From: Hydrolagus affinis
Lineage: Eukaryota
Direction: 5' to 3'
Assembly (NCBI GenBank): GCA_012026655.1
Contig: JAAILG010000271.1
Span: 1-64,000, forward strand
DNA: 64,000 nucleotides
Of the stretch, positions 51,586 to 63,024 are shown piece after piece. The stretch's first letter is position 1, and every line of letters starts with the position of its first letter. Both the position numbers and the translations under genes were made by a program. The notes under the pieces were generated by a model. The model was not told the DNA's origin and ran no database searches. It was given only the letters and a program-made list of their open reading frames with translations.

Positions 51586-52792
51586 GTGTTTATTAATAAC
51601 CCTAAGTTATGCGCTCAAAATATGGATGCATTCATATTACAAATAACTTTTTGATTAATTCAAGCCTGTCTTAAAATCAAGATTACTGCAGAAGATTGGA
51701 TCCGATGGGTGGCTTTACATGTAAGATCAGGCAAGGCTCATTAACCATCTGTGTGCAATGTGCAAATACTTTCATCAAAGTTCTATATGTTTGAAAAAAA
51801 TAAATAATAGATCATAGAACATTTTTATGTTCAGAAATAATTCTCGGAACTTTGAAACTACTTTTTAGTGTGCAGAGCAAGAACTTGGAAGAGTCTGTGA
51901 CCAAACCCTTTAAACTTCAATAGAAGCTTGATTTCAGCTCATTTAATCTGTTTTATTTTTTGGTCCGCGGAATGTCTGAAGCATACAGAAACACATCACC
52001 AACTCTTAAGTGTATCCAAACTAGAGTTCCACAATACTGTACGTATGCCATCTATACATGGAAATCTACCTGTGTATCCAATCAATGGAGTCAAGATTTC
52101 TATGTTTCGTAACAGATTCACTATGTCCACTAACACAAGTGACTTGTAATTAAATGCTACAAAATGTACCATTTTGCTCTGAGTGCTTTATAAGGTTGTT
52201 CTTATAGCACATTGTGCTGCATTCGTCTTAAAACTGTACTGGAAATTCCCGATGGTCACTTTATTTTTTCCTTTACAAACATACCTTGTAAAATTGCCCG
52301 TAATAAAACTGCCAAAAACTCTCCCACAAAGCCATCATTTTTTAAATAGTGTAGAGATTACTTGTGGTTGGTTCACGATTATTTCTTGATGAGCCTACAA
52401 CAAGAATGTCACAATCATTTGTCCTCTTCTGTGTGGCCCGGTGAGACTGGGGCAGATGAAAAAACGAGAGGGTACACTTAATCCAAAAAGGAGAACACAC
52501 TTATTAGATAAACAGACAAGTGTTATACCTTTAGAAGGTCATTTGAAATCTCTTCATAACTTGATTAGTCCGCATAATCACTCCCAATTATCCATTATTG
52601 TCTGCACCAAGGGGAAAATCTATTGTTTGCATATTGTCCACATATTAGTCAAAACTTATCAGTAACTTCAGTGCATTCATTGTCACTTACAAATTAAACA
52701 AAGGTTCATGGTTATTAAGTGGGGATCGCTTTGATATGTTTATAGAAATGCAAAACATGGAAAAAACAATGTAATCCCACATGAGCATTAAC

Positions 52793-52900
52793 AATAATAA
52801 TAATCCTTGCATTTGATATAGCACTTTTAATGTCTTCTAGACATCTCAAAGTGCTTCACAGAATATACTGTGAAGCGAATCGACTATATTTGTAGGTGAA
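52793..52900 (-). mobile_element. SINE 3' part
   Basis: aataataataatccttgcatttgatatagcac...tcttctagacatctcaaagtgcttcacagaatatac. Confidence 0.85.
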
Positions 52901-54299
52901 ATGTGTATAATGTGACAAAGGAATGCTGAAACCTCAAAGTGAATTTTTTCTTAGCATGATTATTATATTAACAACTTAATTATTATATTAATACCTCAAT
53001 AGTGTCACCCGAGTGTGTCCATTAGAGTGAAAAGTAGAATTAGTTGTTAACCACTCTTTTTTTTTCCAATCTATAACCTCAAATAATGTTTAAATCAGTC
53101 TTTCCATTTCTCCTGACTGCAAGTGCAATTTGTCTCAAGGCATCAGATTCCCTCCACTCTGCATTTGTTGCTACAGAAGAAAGATAGTGCTGTGATATTC
53201 TATGCCAACTGATCATTTTTAGTTGATTAATCAGAAAGTCTCATTGGAATCTGTTGATGCTGGAATTAGCTTTAGAACCAGTACTGACACTGGAATCACG
53301 GGCTGAAACTACCCAATAGAGACAGTGCCTATGCCAGTGCTCATTACCATCAAATGTTGGAACAGAAGAGTGCAAAGAGACTGCAAATGCTGAAAGGAAA
53401 TTAGCTTTCCCAAATCTAAGAAGAAAATTATCTTTTGATCTTCTGGTGGAAAATATAATGGCGTCCTACACAATGAATACATATGCTCAAGTCATGTGCA
53501 GCTTACACTTTCTATTAACTTCACTATATACTGTATATGAAGTTAAGCACAGATACTCTAATTTAATTAAGCAGGCACAGGAACCTGATGTCTTGGGAAA
53601 TCTGTGTATGCAGTGAAGAGGAATATTGTAGGAAGCCCCATTGAAACTTTAGTTAAGGTTACCCAGTTTAGACCTAGAATAGGCAGTTTATAAGCACTGT
53701 GTGGGATCCAGGGAATTGTAGAACCCAGGCTTTTTATTTTCAAGTCCTCACTTATTAAAACATAGAATAAAACAGCTAAACGTCTGTCCTGTCTATATGG
53801 CACTAACATTGTAAAGCAGCAAAGTTCAGAAAGTTCAACAAATCACTGTAAATGAAGCGAAAAATAAGAAAATGTGACCCATCTCATAAGGATTAGTCTA
53901 TATTTACATATCTGCAACCTGTATTTATCAGAAGAACTTGGGAACATGGTATTTATTAGGGAATGAGCATGTGGTATGCCCTGTAGCTCTCACGCTGCTA
54001 GTCTTTCAGAAGCTGTGTTCTGGGTTACATAATTCTGCCTGCAAACGTCAATCTCATGGCCAAAACACTCAGAACATTGAAGGTATCCATTTATACAGTT
54101 TAATGGGGGGTAACTACAGGCTTTGTTATAGACAGCTATATTACAGATCCCCATCCCATGGCACTGGTACCATTTTCAGAGAAGGCAAAATGTTCTATAA
54201 AGTCTAATTGCTTGTGTGTAAAGCATGTAAAATTTACTACAGAGCATATAGAATGATATTAATTTCAATTAACAATGAAAAGGAATCAACCACCATCAC

Positions 54300-56210
54300 T
54301 TGGTCTGCGTAAATGTTTTTCGTCTCCCGTATCCTAAGGCTCTATCCTCGGCCCCCTGTATTTCCTTATTTAGATGCTTCTTCCAATGCCTAGGGACATC
54401 CTCCTGACATGAAAGGCGCTATACAAATGTATGTTTTGTTGTTGTTCTTCTTCTTAGCAATGTTTTCCGCTACCAGGCCCGATGGTGTTCAGTTAGCTTG
54501 TCATCAGATACCGTGACCTGGATGAGCACAATCTTACTGCAATTGAATATCGACAAAACAAATGCATTCTCCTTGGATCCCATCAGCTTTTTCTCCCCTG
54601 TGGCTCTGTCCTCCTCAAACTCCCTTAGACTTTCTTGTACCTGTGCATAATCTAGGAATCAGATTTGATCCTTAGCTGTCCTTCCTACCTCACATCCAGT
54701 CCCTGACAAGGACCTTCATCACATTGCCTGCCTCTGACCATACCTCACACCCAACACAGCCAAAATCCTTATCCACGCTTTTGTCACCTTCCCACATGAC
54801 TATGTGAATGCCTTACTAGCCTGCCTCCCCAGCTCCACTATCCACATAATCCAACCAACTGAAAACTCCAATGCCTGTATACTCACCAGATCTAAATTGT
54901 GTACCACCATCACCCCAGACCTCAGCAGGTTTCACAGGCTCCACAAAAGGGATCAACTTCAAAATCATCAGCTCGTGTACACATTTCTTCATACACTGCC
55001 ACCTCCCTACCTCTCCAACTTGCTTACTTTTACACGCTCCCTCTGGGCGATGTCATCCGCAAACATGGGGTAAATTTCCACATGTATGCGGACGACACCC
55101 AGCTGTACCTTTCTGCCTCATCCCTCAACCCTCAGACCATCGATGTTCTGACAGCATGTCTGTCCGACATTGAGTCCTGGACGAGGGACAACTTCCTCCA
55201 ATTGAACGCGAGCAAGACCGAGGCCCTCCTGATTGGCTCAAGCCAGCGCCTCCACACATCGGGCGCCTGCCAGCCTCAACATTCAAGGCTGTACTCTCCA
55301 CCTCACAAAGCCAGTCAGGAACCTCGGCATCACGTTCGACCACAAACTCTCCTCCCCCACATCTGTGCCTTGACCGGCACCGCTTATTTCCACCCACGCA
55401 ACATTGCCAGGCTCCGCAATTACCTCACCCCCCACTCTGCCGAAACACTCGTGCACACATACATCACCTCACGGCTGGGCTACGGAAACTCTCTCCTCGT
55501 CGGCCTCCCCAATTCCTCCATTCACAGGCTGCAGGTCATCCAAAACTCTGCAGCCCGTGTACAATCCTGCACCCGCCTCCGCGACCATATAACCCCCACC
55601 CTCGCCCATCTCCACTGGCTCCCCATCCTCCAGAGGATCGAGTTCAAGATCCTCATCCTCACCTTTAAGGCCTTACACGGCCTTGCCCCGCCCTATTTAA
55701 CCGATCTACTCTCCCCCTATAAGCCCATCCGTCCCTCCGTTCAGCAGGAATTGGCCTGCTCCAAGCCCCCCACCCGAACCGCCCCACCATCGGAGGCCGG
55801 GCCTTCAGTTTCTCCACTCCCACCCTGTGGAATTCCATCCCCCAATCCCTCCGCCTTGTTTCTTCCCTTTCCTCTTTCAAGGCCGGTCTGAAGACTTTAC
55901 TCTTCGACCGTGCCTTTTGTTCCCTCCCGAATTTTTCGACCTCCCCTACGTGTTTCACCCCTTCCCGAACACTCCCCTCCCAGCTCGGGTCACACGCCTC
56001 CTGTGCAGCGCCTTGGGACGTCCCCCGACGTGAAAGGCGCTTTATAAGTTTAAGTTGTTGTTGTTGTTACTCCCTACTACACCATCTGCCGCTTTTCCTT
56101 GGCTGGCTCCGTTTCTCCCTTCCTCTTTGACTGTGTCTATGGTAACCTTCCCCCAGGTCAGAAACACTACCCTGTATGAATGTGGTATATAAATGCAAGT
56201 TGTTGTTTTG
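54300..56210 (+). mobile_element. Old L2 hosting a mini L2 tail (54385-54446) and a young L2 (55031-56069)
   Basis: gtatcctaaggctctatcctcggcccc (GVPQGSILGP-like); NALLACLPSSTIH; own tail at about 56170-56210. Confidence 0.75.
55031..56069 (+). mobile_element. Young 5'-truncated L2 LINE (sibling of 15472-16990)
   Basis: [58 protein letters not shown]; stem-loop and (GTT)n tail; contains frameshifts. Confidence 0.97.
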
Positions 56211-56430
56211 TGTAGCCAAAAATCACAACTTCATTAGTTATACTGATCCTTGCTTTTCATATAGCCAATTAGTAGGCTCCAATTAAAATTTTCAATACAA
56301 TATTTTCTGTTTTGTTACAGCAAAAAAAAATCTTTTGAATTTATTACATTATCAAAAAAGTAACAAATTGCTTAACTGTTGAAACTTGTTGGTAACTCAG
56401 TTGATATATTGCACTAATGGAATATAATTT

Positions 56431-56775
56431 GTGGATCTCAGTGGTAAGAGCACTTGCCTCGCAAGCCAGGGGTCTTTTCCCAGCAGGGTGAAATATTGAG
56501 CAAGTTTCCTTACTCCTTCTTCTGTTTACCGAGGAATCCCCTATTGTTAGTCAATTGGCGGATTGCTTTTCCCAGGATGATAATCCCTCAAGAAAAATAC
56601 AATTATAATTTGGTCACCCAATCCACGACTGTTTGTTGGACACTGCTGGTGCAATTGGCTGCTGCATTTTGCCCACAAATATACAGTCAATTCACTTGAT
56701 AGTATATTTTGCAAAACCCTTTGAGATGTCTAGAAGAAATGAAAAGTACTATAAAAAATTGCAAGGATTATTATC
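56431..56775 (+). mobile_element. tRNA-derived SINE
   Basis: ctcagtggtaagagcacttgcctcgcaag...gcaagtttccttactcc...gagatgtctagaaga tail. Confidence 0.85.
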
Positions 56776-57771
56776 ATTGTCATCGTTATATTTGTATTAT
56801 TATTATGCCTTTGGGGAGGTAGTTCTCAAGTGTGGGGCATAGTGACTTTAAAAGCTGTGCTGCCAATAGTGGAATGGAGTGGGTATTTGAACATTGTGAT
56901 GTGGATAGACTTGACTAGATATACTGCCAGCAGAAACCAAGATACTCATTAATTGAGTAGAATTAACTAGGTCAATTCTGATTGTTAAGGTATTTAATAT
57001 TCATTACTACGTATTCTGTGAGATGGCTTTGGTTAACAAAGCACCAAATGACCATGAGAAAATGCATTGAATAGCATGTGAATCATTCAAAGCTATCGGT
57101 AGTTACCATGAAAGGTAGTAGTACCTGCTCTTTACTATCAAACTATTCATGCCATGTTTAAACTGGAGTATTATTTTAATAAGACCAAACTTTAAGTAAT
57201 TAATGATGCTACCTTATTCCCTGTTTTTTTAAAAAAAACAGAACCATGCTCAGCAAACAAAAGGTTTAAGGTGTTATGGTCAAAGTAGAGCCTTTGAAAA
57301 TAATGTAACTACAACATCTTTCATGCATTAGTAGGCAGGTATGGAGGTCAACTGTTAAATCTTTGCATCAGTTGTGGAGATGTGCTTAAATTAGTAATTG
57401 TGTCTGCTACTTAACCACTGGGGGGGAAAAAAATACCCTGACTGTATACTAGAACTGTGCACGTAATGCATTATTAGAAAATGAGACTGGCACCCATTGA
57501 TTTTCTTTGGTGTGAGTGAAGTATTATGAGGAAAAATCTGTTGCCAAGACTAAATTGTCACTCAGCATATGCTTTCAGATGGCCATTGACGTTAATTAGA
57601 CTACAGATGGTCATCAGGCAGCTATTATTTCACAACAAGCAGTACGGATCTGATTAAAGTACCAAAGTGATTCATTTCACTGGTTAAGAAAATCCTTCTC
57701 TCTTCACTATCTGTTACATGGATTAGTGGAAAATTAGTCTATAGATCAATATTTGTTGACCTGATGATATA

Positions 57772-58577
57772 CAGTAGAAGCCCGTTTATCTGTGACTCAA
57801 TGAACCGGCACTTCCATATAACTGGCACACCAAAAAAAAAAGTCCCCATTCGATAAACCAGAACGTATCCGGAACAATAGCGGTGGAGGATTTGTAAATG
57901 CATAAATAATAACAGATAATAACAGAATATTGTATTAGTGCTTATTGTTAGAACTACTCTCTTGCACTTCTTACTTTTACTGGTAGATGCTGCTCTTGAA
58001 GCCATAATGCTGCAGTTGAGGTTTATAGTCCAGCGGTTCTTTTTAAAATGCAGCATGCCAAGCGGGTGAAAAAAACGGTACGCGACTTTAAAGCCTTACT
58101 AGCGGCAAGCCGATAACCCTAGCCGATAATCCATATTATCGTGCAGGTACAATATTTTGGTTTGCCGCTAGTAGAGTCTAGGGTTATCGGCTTGCCGCTA
58201 GTAAAGTCACGCAACTTTAAAGTCATGCTGCCGCTTTTTTCACCCGCACGGCATCCTCCATTTAAAAAAGAATCGCTGGTCTTTAAGCGCTCTGAGATGC
58301 CGTCCGGCGTGGAGGGCGCTATATAAATCGAAGTTGTTGTTGTTATAAACCTAAACCAGTAAAGGTGAGAAGCGCAAGAGAGTATTTTTAACAATAAGTA
58401 CCAATACAGTATTGTGTTATCATCTGTCATTATTTAATCTGGTGTGTATGGTGTATGTTAAAAGAACATTAATTTTTTTGTGGTAGGTTTTCGGCCGCTG
58501 GCTGCCTGAATATCCGGCAAGTTCTTTAACCAGCAATGGCCAGGTCCCATGGGTGCCGTAAAAACAGGCTTTTACTG
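57772..58577. mobile_element. pogo/Tigger-type MITE with a large internal inverted duplication and a nested mini L2 tail
   Basis: TA|cagtagaagcccgtttatc ... aaacaggcttttactg|TA; internal arms at about 57905-58122 and 58178-58436. Confidence 0.88.
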
Positions 58578-58867
58578 TATTGTGTTTATGCAGATTGATA
58601 AATTTGCCTTGCAGAAAATTGTATTTTGTTGATTATACAAGAACAACTTGCACTTTGATAGTGCCCTCTATGCAGGCTAGCGTCTCAGCTGGAGCCTGAT
58701 TATAAGACATACTCACAGTTACCCTCCTACTTCTCTGTCCTCCATCATCCAAACCCTGCCCCCACCCACTTACTTGGGTCCCAATACCCTGACTGTTCAG
58801 CGTCTTGGGACATCCTCCGAATGTAAAAGGCACTCTACAAATGTAATTTTGTTGTTATTGTTGTTGG

Positions 58868-59122
58868 TTTGATTCCTTCCAGGGCAAAACTTTGGGCAAG
58901 TTTCCTTACTCCACGCACCTGATAATTATCCCTCAAGAAGAAAAATACAACAATCAATTGATCGTTTCAATACATGACTGTTAGTTGGACCTTGCTGTGC
59001 ACAATTGACGGCCCCATTTCACCCACAAATATACAGCAAATCAATTTACAGTATGTTCTATGACGTGCTTTGGGACCTCTTGAAAATGTGAAAAGTGCTA
59101 TATCAAATGCAAGAATTATTAT
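58868..59122 (+). mobile_element. SINE (5' clipped), preceded by L2 tail fragments at 58637-58866
   Basis: ggtttgattcc..tttgggcaagtttccttactccac..aaatgcaagaattattat. Confidence 0.8.
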
Positions 59123-59130
59123 TTGTTATT

Positions 59131-59597
59131 AAGGAGGAAATGGAGAGAGCCAAGTAAATGGAATGGAATGTGGGACAGAGTTCCAAAGGGTCGGAGCAGT
59201 GAGGCTGAAGGTCCGACCACCGATGGTGGGGCGTGGGGAGGTAGATGGTGGAAGGCAGAAGGAGGGGGTGGAAGAGGAGGTGGTAGAAGGCAGCGGAGGT
59301 GGTGGAAAAGGAGGTGGTGGAAGGCAGTGCTGATCATGGCATGGACATAGGGGAGAAAGGCAGTTCAGAGCATGTCTCTAACTTGCGAGGCGATTGCTTT
59401 AACCACTGAGCTACAGGACTTGCCTTGAAGGCATGCCTCAAGACCCTCCACTTTCACCATGCCTGTGGCCACCCTCTCTCCCTCCTGCCTCTCCCCTGCC
59501 CACCGCCTCCCCTGTTCCTAATCCCTGAATTCGCACCTCGGAATGTCCTCCCTACATTAAAGGTGCTTTACAAAAATAATTTTGTATTGTATTGTAT
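59131..59597. mobile_element. 5'-inverted L2 3' element with a SINE head at the inversion junction
   Basis: Minus-strand L2 at 59131-59360, minus-strand SINE head at 59372-59420, plus-strand L2 at 59423-59597 with stem-loop and (GTATT)n tail. Confidence 0.7.
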
Positions 59598-59625
59598 AAT
59601 GCTTCTGTCATGTTAAGTTTGAAAT

Positions 59626-59627
<2 letters not shown>

Positions 59628-59658
<31 letters not shown>

Positions 59659-59700
59659 CCTTACATTTGATATAACCGCTTATCACGTCAATTCACTTTA
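59628..59700 (-). mobile_element. SINE tail with expanded (AAT)n microsatellite
   Basis: About ten AAT repeats followed by ccttacatttgatataaccgcttatcacgtc. Confidence 0.8.
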
Positions 59701-60019
59701 AAGAGCTATTCAGACAGAGAAATTCAGACTGCCACAGCCCTAAGGAATTAATTAAATGTAATGATATGTTGGTGATAAAAGAGGCTTAGAAGTGTGTCAC
59801 AAGTGTTGTCTTGATAGTTAGCTGCTGGATGGGGAGTTGTGCATATTTTAAAATAATCTTGAAAATAAGAAGTGTCCACAAGGCTGCTGGGATGGAAGAG
59901 GGAAGTTGTAAAAAAAAATTTAAATAATCAAACAAGTTCAATGACACCTTACAACATTGTTTATGAAACAGAAACTGGTTTGCAATTCTAAAATATAAGA
60001 GGCCACAAGGGGCCTGAAG

Positions 60020-60180
60020 ATCCAGCAACCAATTTGTACACAGAAATGTCCCGTAAATAGGCTTGAAGTAAATGACCAATTTCAGTTGGTGGATTGTTGG
60101 CCAGGATACCAGGAGAAACTCCCTCTGCAAAATAAGTGAGGTTACCAAAGTAATTTGAGCTGTCCAAAAAATTCCATAAC
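60020..60180 (-). mobile_element. DeuSINE 3' fragment
   Basis: cagcaaccaatttgtacacagaaatgtccc...ttgttggccaggataccaggagaaactccc. Confidence 0.65.
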
Positions 60181-62857
60181 AATATTTGAACATAAATAAA
60201 GGCACACCGGTTCAGGGTTTTGAATGGCAGTTCTTTGACAGATTCTCCAGTAAGAGAATTAACAGCTTGAATGGATTATCGGGATGGGTGGTAGAGGTCA
60301 GGACACTGAATTCATTTTAAAAAGAGGCAGTGGTGATAGATGCTGATATACAAAGTTTGGTATTTTGCAAACATTAATTTGACAAAAGGAGACTTCTTTA
60401 TCAGAAACTCTTTTATGATTTTAGGAGTAAGCAATTCTGATTCCATGTGGAATGGAATTGTTTGTGTAAAAAAAATGCATTGGATTATCAGACCACATTT
60501 AGATAATGTTACAAAACATTTTATATCTGACAATTTATTGAGGTTTCAAAAATATTTTATTCAAGCAATGTCTTTGGATGGAATTTTCTTTTAGCTAATA
60601 AAAAGAATTGAGGAATGCTCAAGGCTAAATTATTATAAATCATCGGACAATAATTGAAAATGATTTTATTACTGCTAAAAAGTAGCAGTTATGCGAAATG
60701 AAAGATTAAATCTCTCACCCAATTATTTGTGTTAATAATGTTTAAGTGTTGTGTAATTGTAGTTGCGTTTAAAGAATCTTTTTTTAATAACTGGAAAATA
60801 ATGATAATTGAATTCTATGGTGCTTTTTACATTTCATGTAGGGTGAGTGAATGTGTGTGTTGCAGGTGAATCCAGCATCCAATTTGTGCACAGCATTGTT
60901 CCACATATGGTTATGAAGTGAAATATTAACTATAAAAGAGCTGGAACCCAAAATGACAACAGTTCACTAAATATTCTCGCTGTGCTACTCCTCCACAGGG
61001 AAAAAGCTATTTTGAATGTTTCACGTAAGGAGAGATTGGGATTTATAACAACGCAATAAAATAGATTCCGGAAGGATTTACAACTTACAAATAATAGATT
61101 AATTTTCTAAAGGACATTTGAATTTCAGGCATAATTTAGACATTCCTCCCCAAAAATGATTCAGTTGCCTTTGATGTTTCCAGCTGTGGTATGCTAGATG
61201 TAGTGCTCTAGATGTTGTAGATGGCAGCACTATTTAGCAGTTCTTTCTTTCCTGAAGCAAGCTTAAATTCCTCCTTACCTCGAGTAGCAATCTAACTTGC
61301 GGAGTAGTCAGAATATTGACTGTATCTGGCACTGAATGTAGAAACTGATCAGCTGAAATTGCCAGACCCACACGCTGGTAGACTGTCTGACGGAGTGCTG
61401 GTGCATTGGTACATGGATAAAGAGTACCTCGATAGAGTTCAAACCAGAAAGTCAAAGGAATGACAACAATACCCCTTGTCACTGATCCACATTCAACTTT
61501 CTATGCAAATGTTATGTGATGTGAGAGCGTGGCAATATGCAAAAATGAGGTGTTCCTCTGGCTCAGTTGGTAACACTTTGGCCTCTGGATCGGATGCTTT
61601 GTTCGTCATGTCATGTGAATATCCATAATACTGATGGTCTTGTCACATAGACAAGTATTCAAGTAGTTTTTGATCCACAGCTGCATCGCTACAGAAGTGT
61701 AGCAAATCCTCCAGTCCTGTAAGACTTTAATATTGATGTTTCTAAACTTTAGAAAAGATTGTCAATGTCAAAATTGCCATCGAAATTGCCAACTCTTTTA
61801 TTCTGTCTTAAATTGCCTATCAACATTTACGACAGGGGGTTATTAAATGTGCTGATAATAATTGTATGGCAAACGGTCTTAACTCCCAATGTCTAGAAAA
61901 GGAGAGTGTGCTTTGGATAACAGTCTGTCATGTAGATTTTAAGACAATCTTTTCAGTCTATGGTCTCAGACTTATGTAAGCAAGAAGTTATACTTGACCT
62001 GTTGTGCTGTCAAAGTGTCTGAGGCCAAAACACTGGTCTTGTTTAAGAACATGCTTGATGTTAAATTGTCAATGTTGATACCCTTATTGTTGAAGGACGA
62101 GATCAAATTAGCCCTTCTCTGTCCGAGGCTCAAACATCATGTCCCTCCAGGGCGAGAGCAGATGTATGTGTTTGTGTACTCAGTGTGTTTGTATTTGAAG
62201 AGAGAAGTCAAAGAATCTGGGACAGTGCAAAATTTGCTTAAAATGTCAAACAAAAGATGGATTGTGGTGTGTTATATCTGTTCTTAATCAAAGTAGACTA
62301 ATTGGCAACATGTAACTCAGGGGAGTTGTGTGTTTTGGAATTTGGTCTCTGTCTGTCCTGGAGATTTAACATAAACATTTCAAGCAAAGAGGAAACAGAG
62401 ACAGACAACCTTTGAACAATTGACTAGAGAATGTTTTCTAAAGTGAGGGAACTGTGGCAAGGTGCCCTGCAATCTATCTCTTAGAAAAGCATGAGGTTTA
62501 TAAACAACAGTCATCTTTGTTGGAGGACTTGGCCCCTGCCAAGTCAAACTGATGTTAAAAAGAACTACAAATTGAACATTCAATCTGAGTTTAGAAACAT
62601 AGGACAATGAGAACAGAAGGAAACCAGTCAGCCCATCGAGTCTGTTATACCAGTTTATTTCATTTTGAAGGATATTTTAATCCCAATGCCCACACTTTCA
62701 TCATTCCCTTTAATACATCAACCCTTTTTTATAGTCACCTGGTATTTGATAAACCATCTACTTGTGCAAATTTCCGAGTTTGGAATGGAATGAACACTCT
62801 CTCCTTGGAGGGACACGCCCTGTTTTTTGGTTAGTGTTAGGCACTGGTTGGCTAGAG

Positions 62858-63024
62858 CAGTGAGTCCACAAGGATATAACTGGCTGAGCTTAGGTCGCAA
62901 TATTGCTCTGCATTGTTGGAGAACCTGTTGGAGGCTAATTTGGGTTGCAGCAAAAAAAAATTGGGTTGCAAGGACCTGCTGGTGGTTAATTTGGGTTGCA
63001 GCAAAAAAAGGTTGGGAACCACTG
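62858..63024. mobile_element. hAT-Charlie-type MITE with a perfect 8-bp TSD
   Basis: GGCTAGAG at 62850-62857 and 63025-63032; ends cagtgagtccacaa / gttgggaaccactg; internal tandem duplication at about 62922-63010. Confidence 0.85.

Noticed and set aside
54899-55891. 330-aa ORF as a host or domesticated gene
   Set aside because: It is a chimeric read-through from an old L2 into a 5'-truncated young L2, with frameshifted segments and an incomplete RT.
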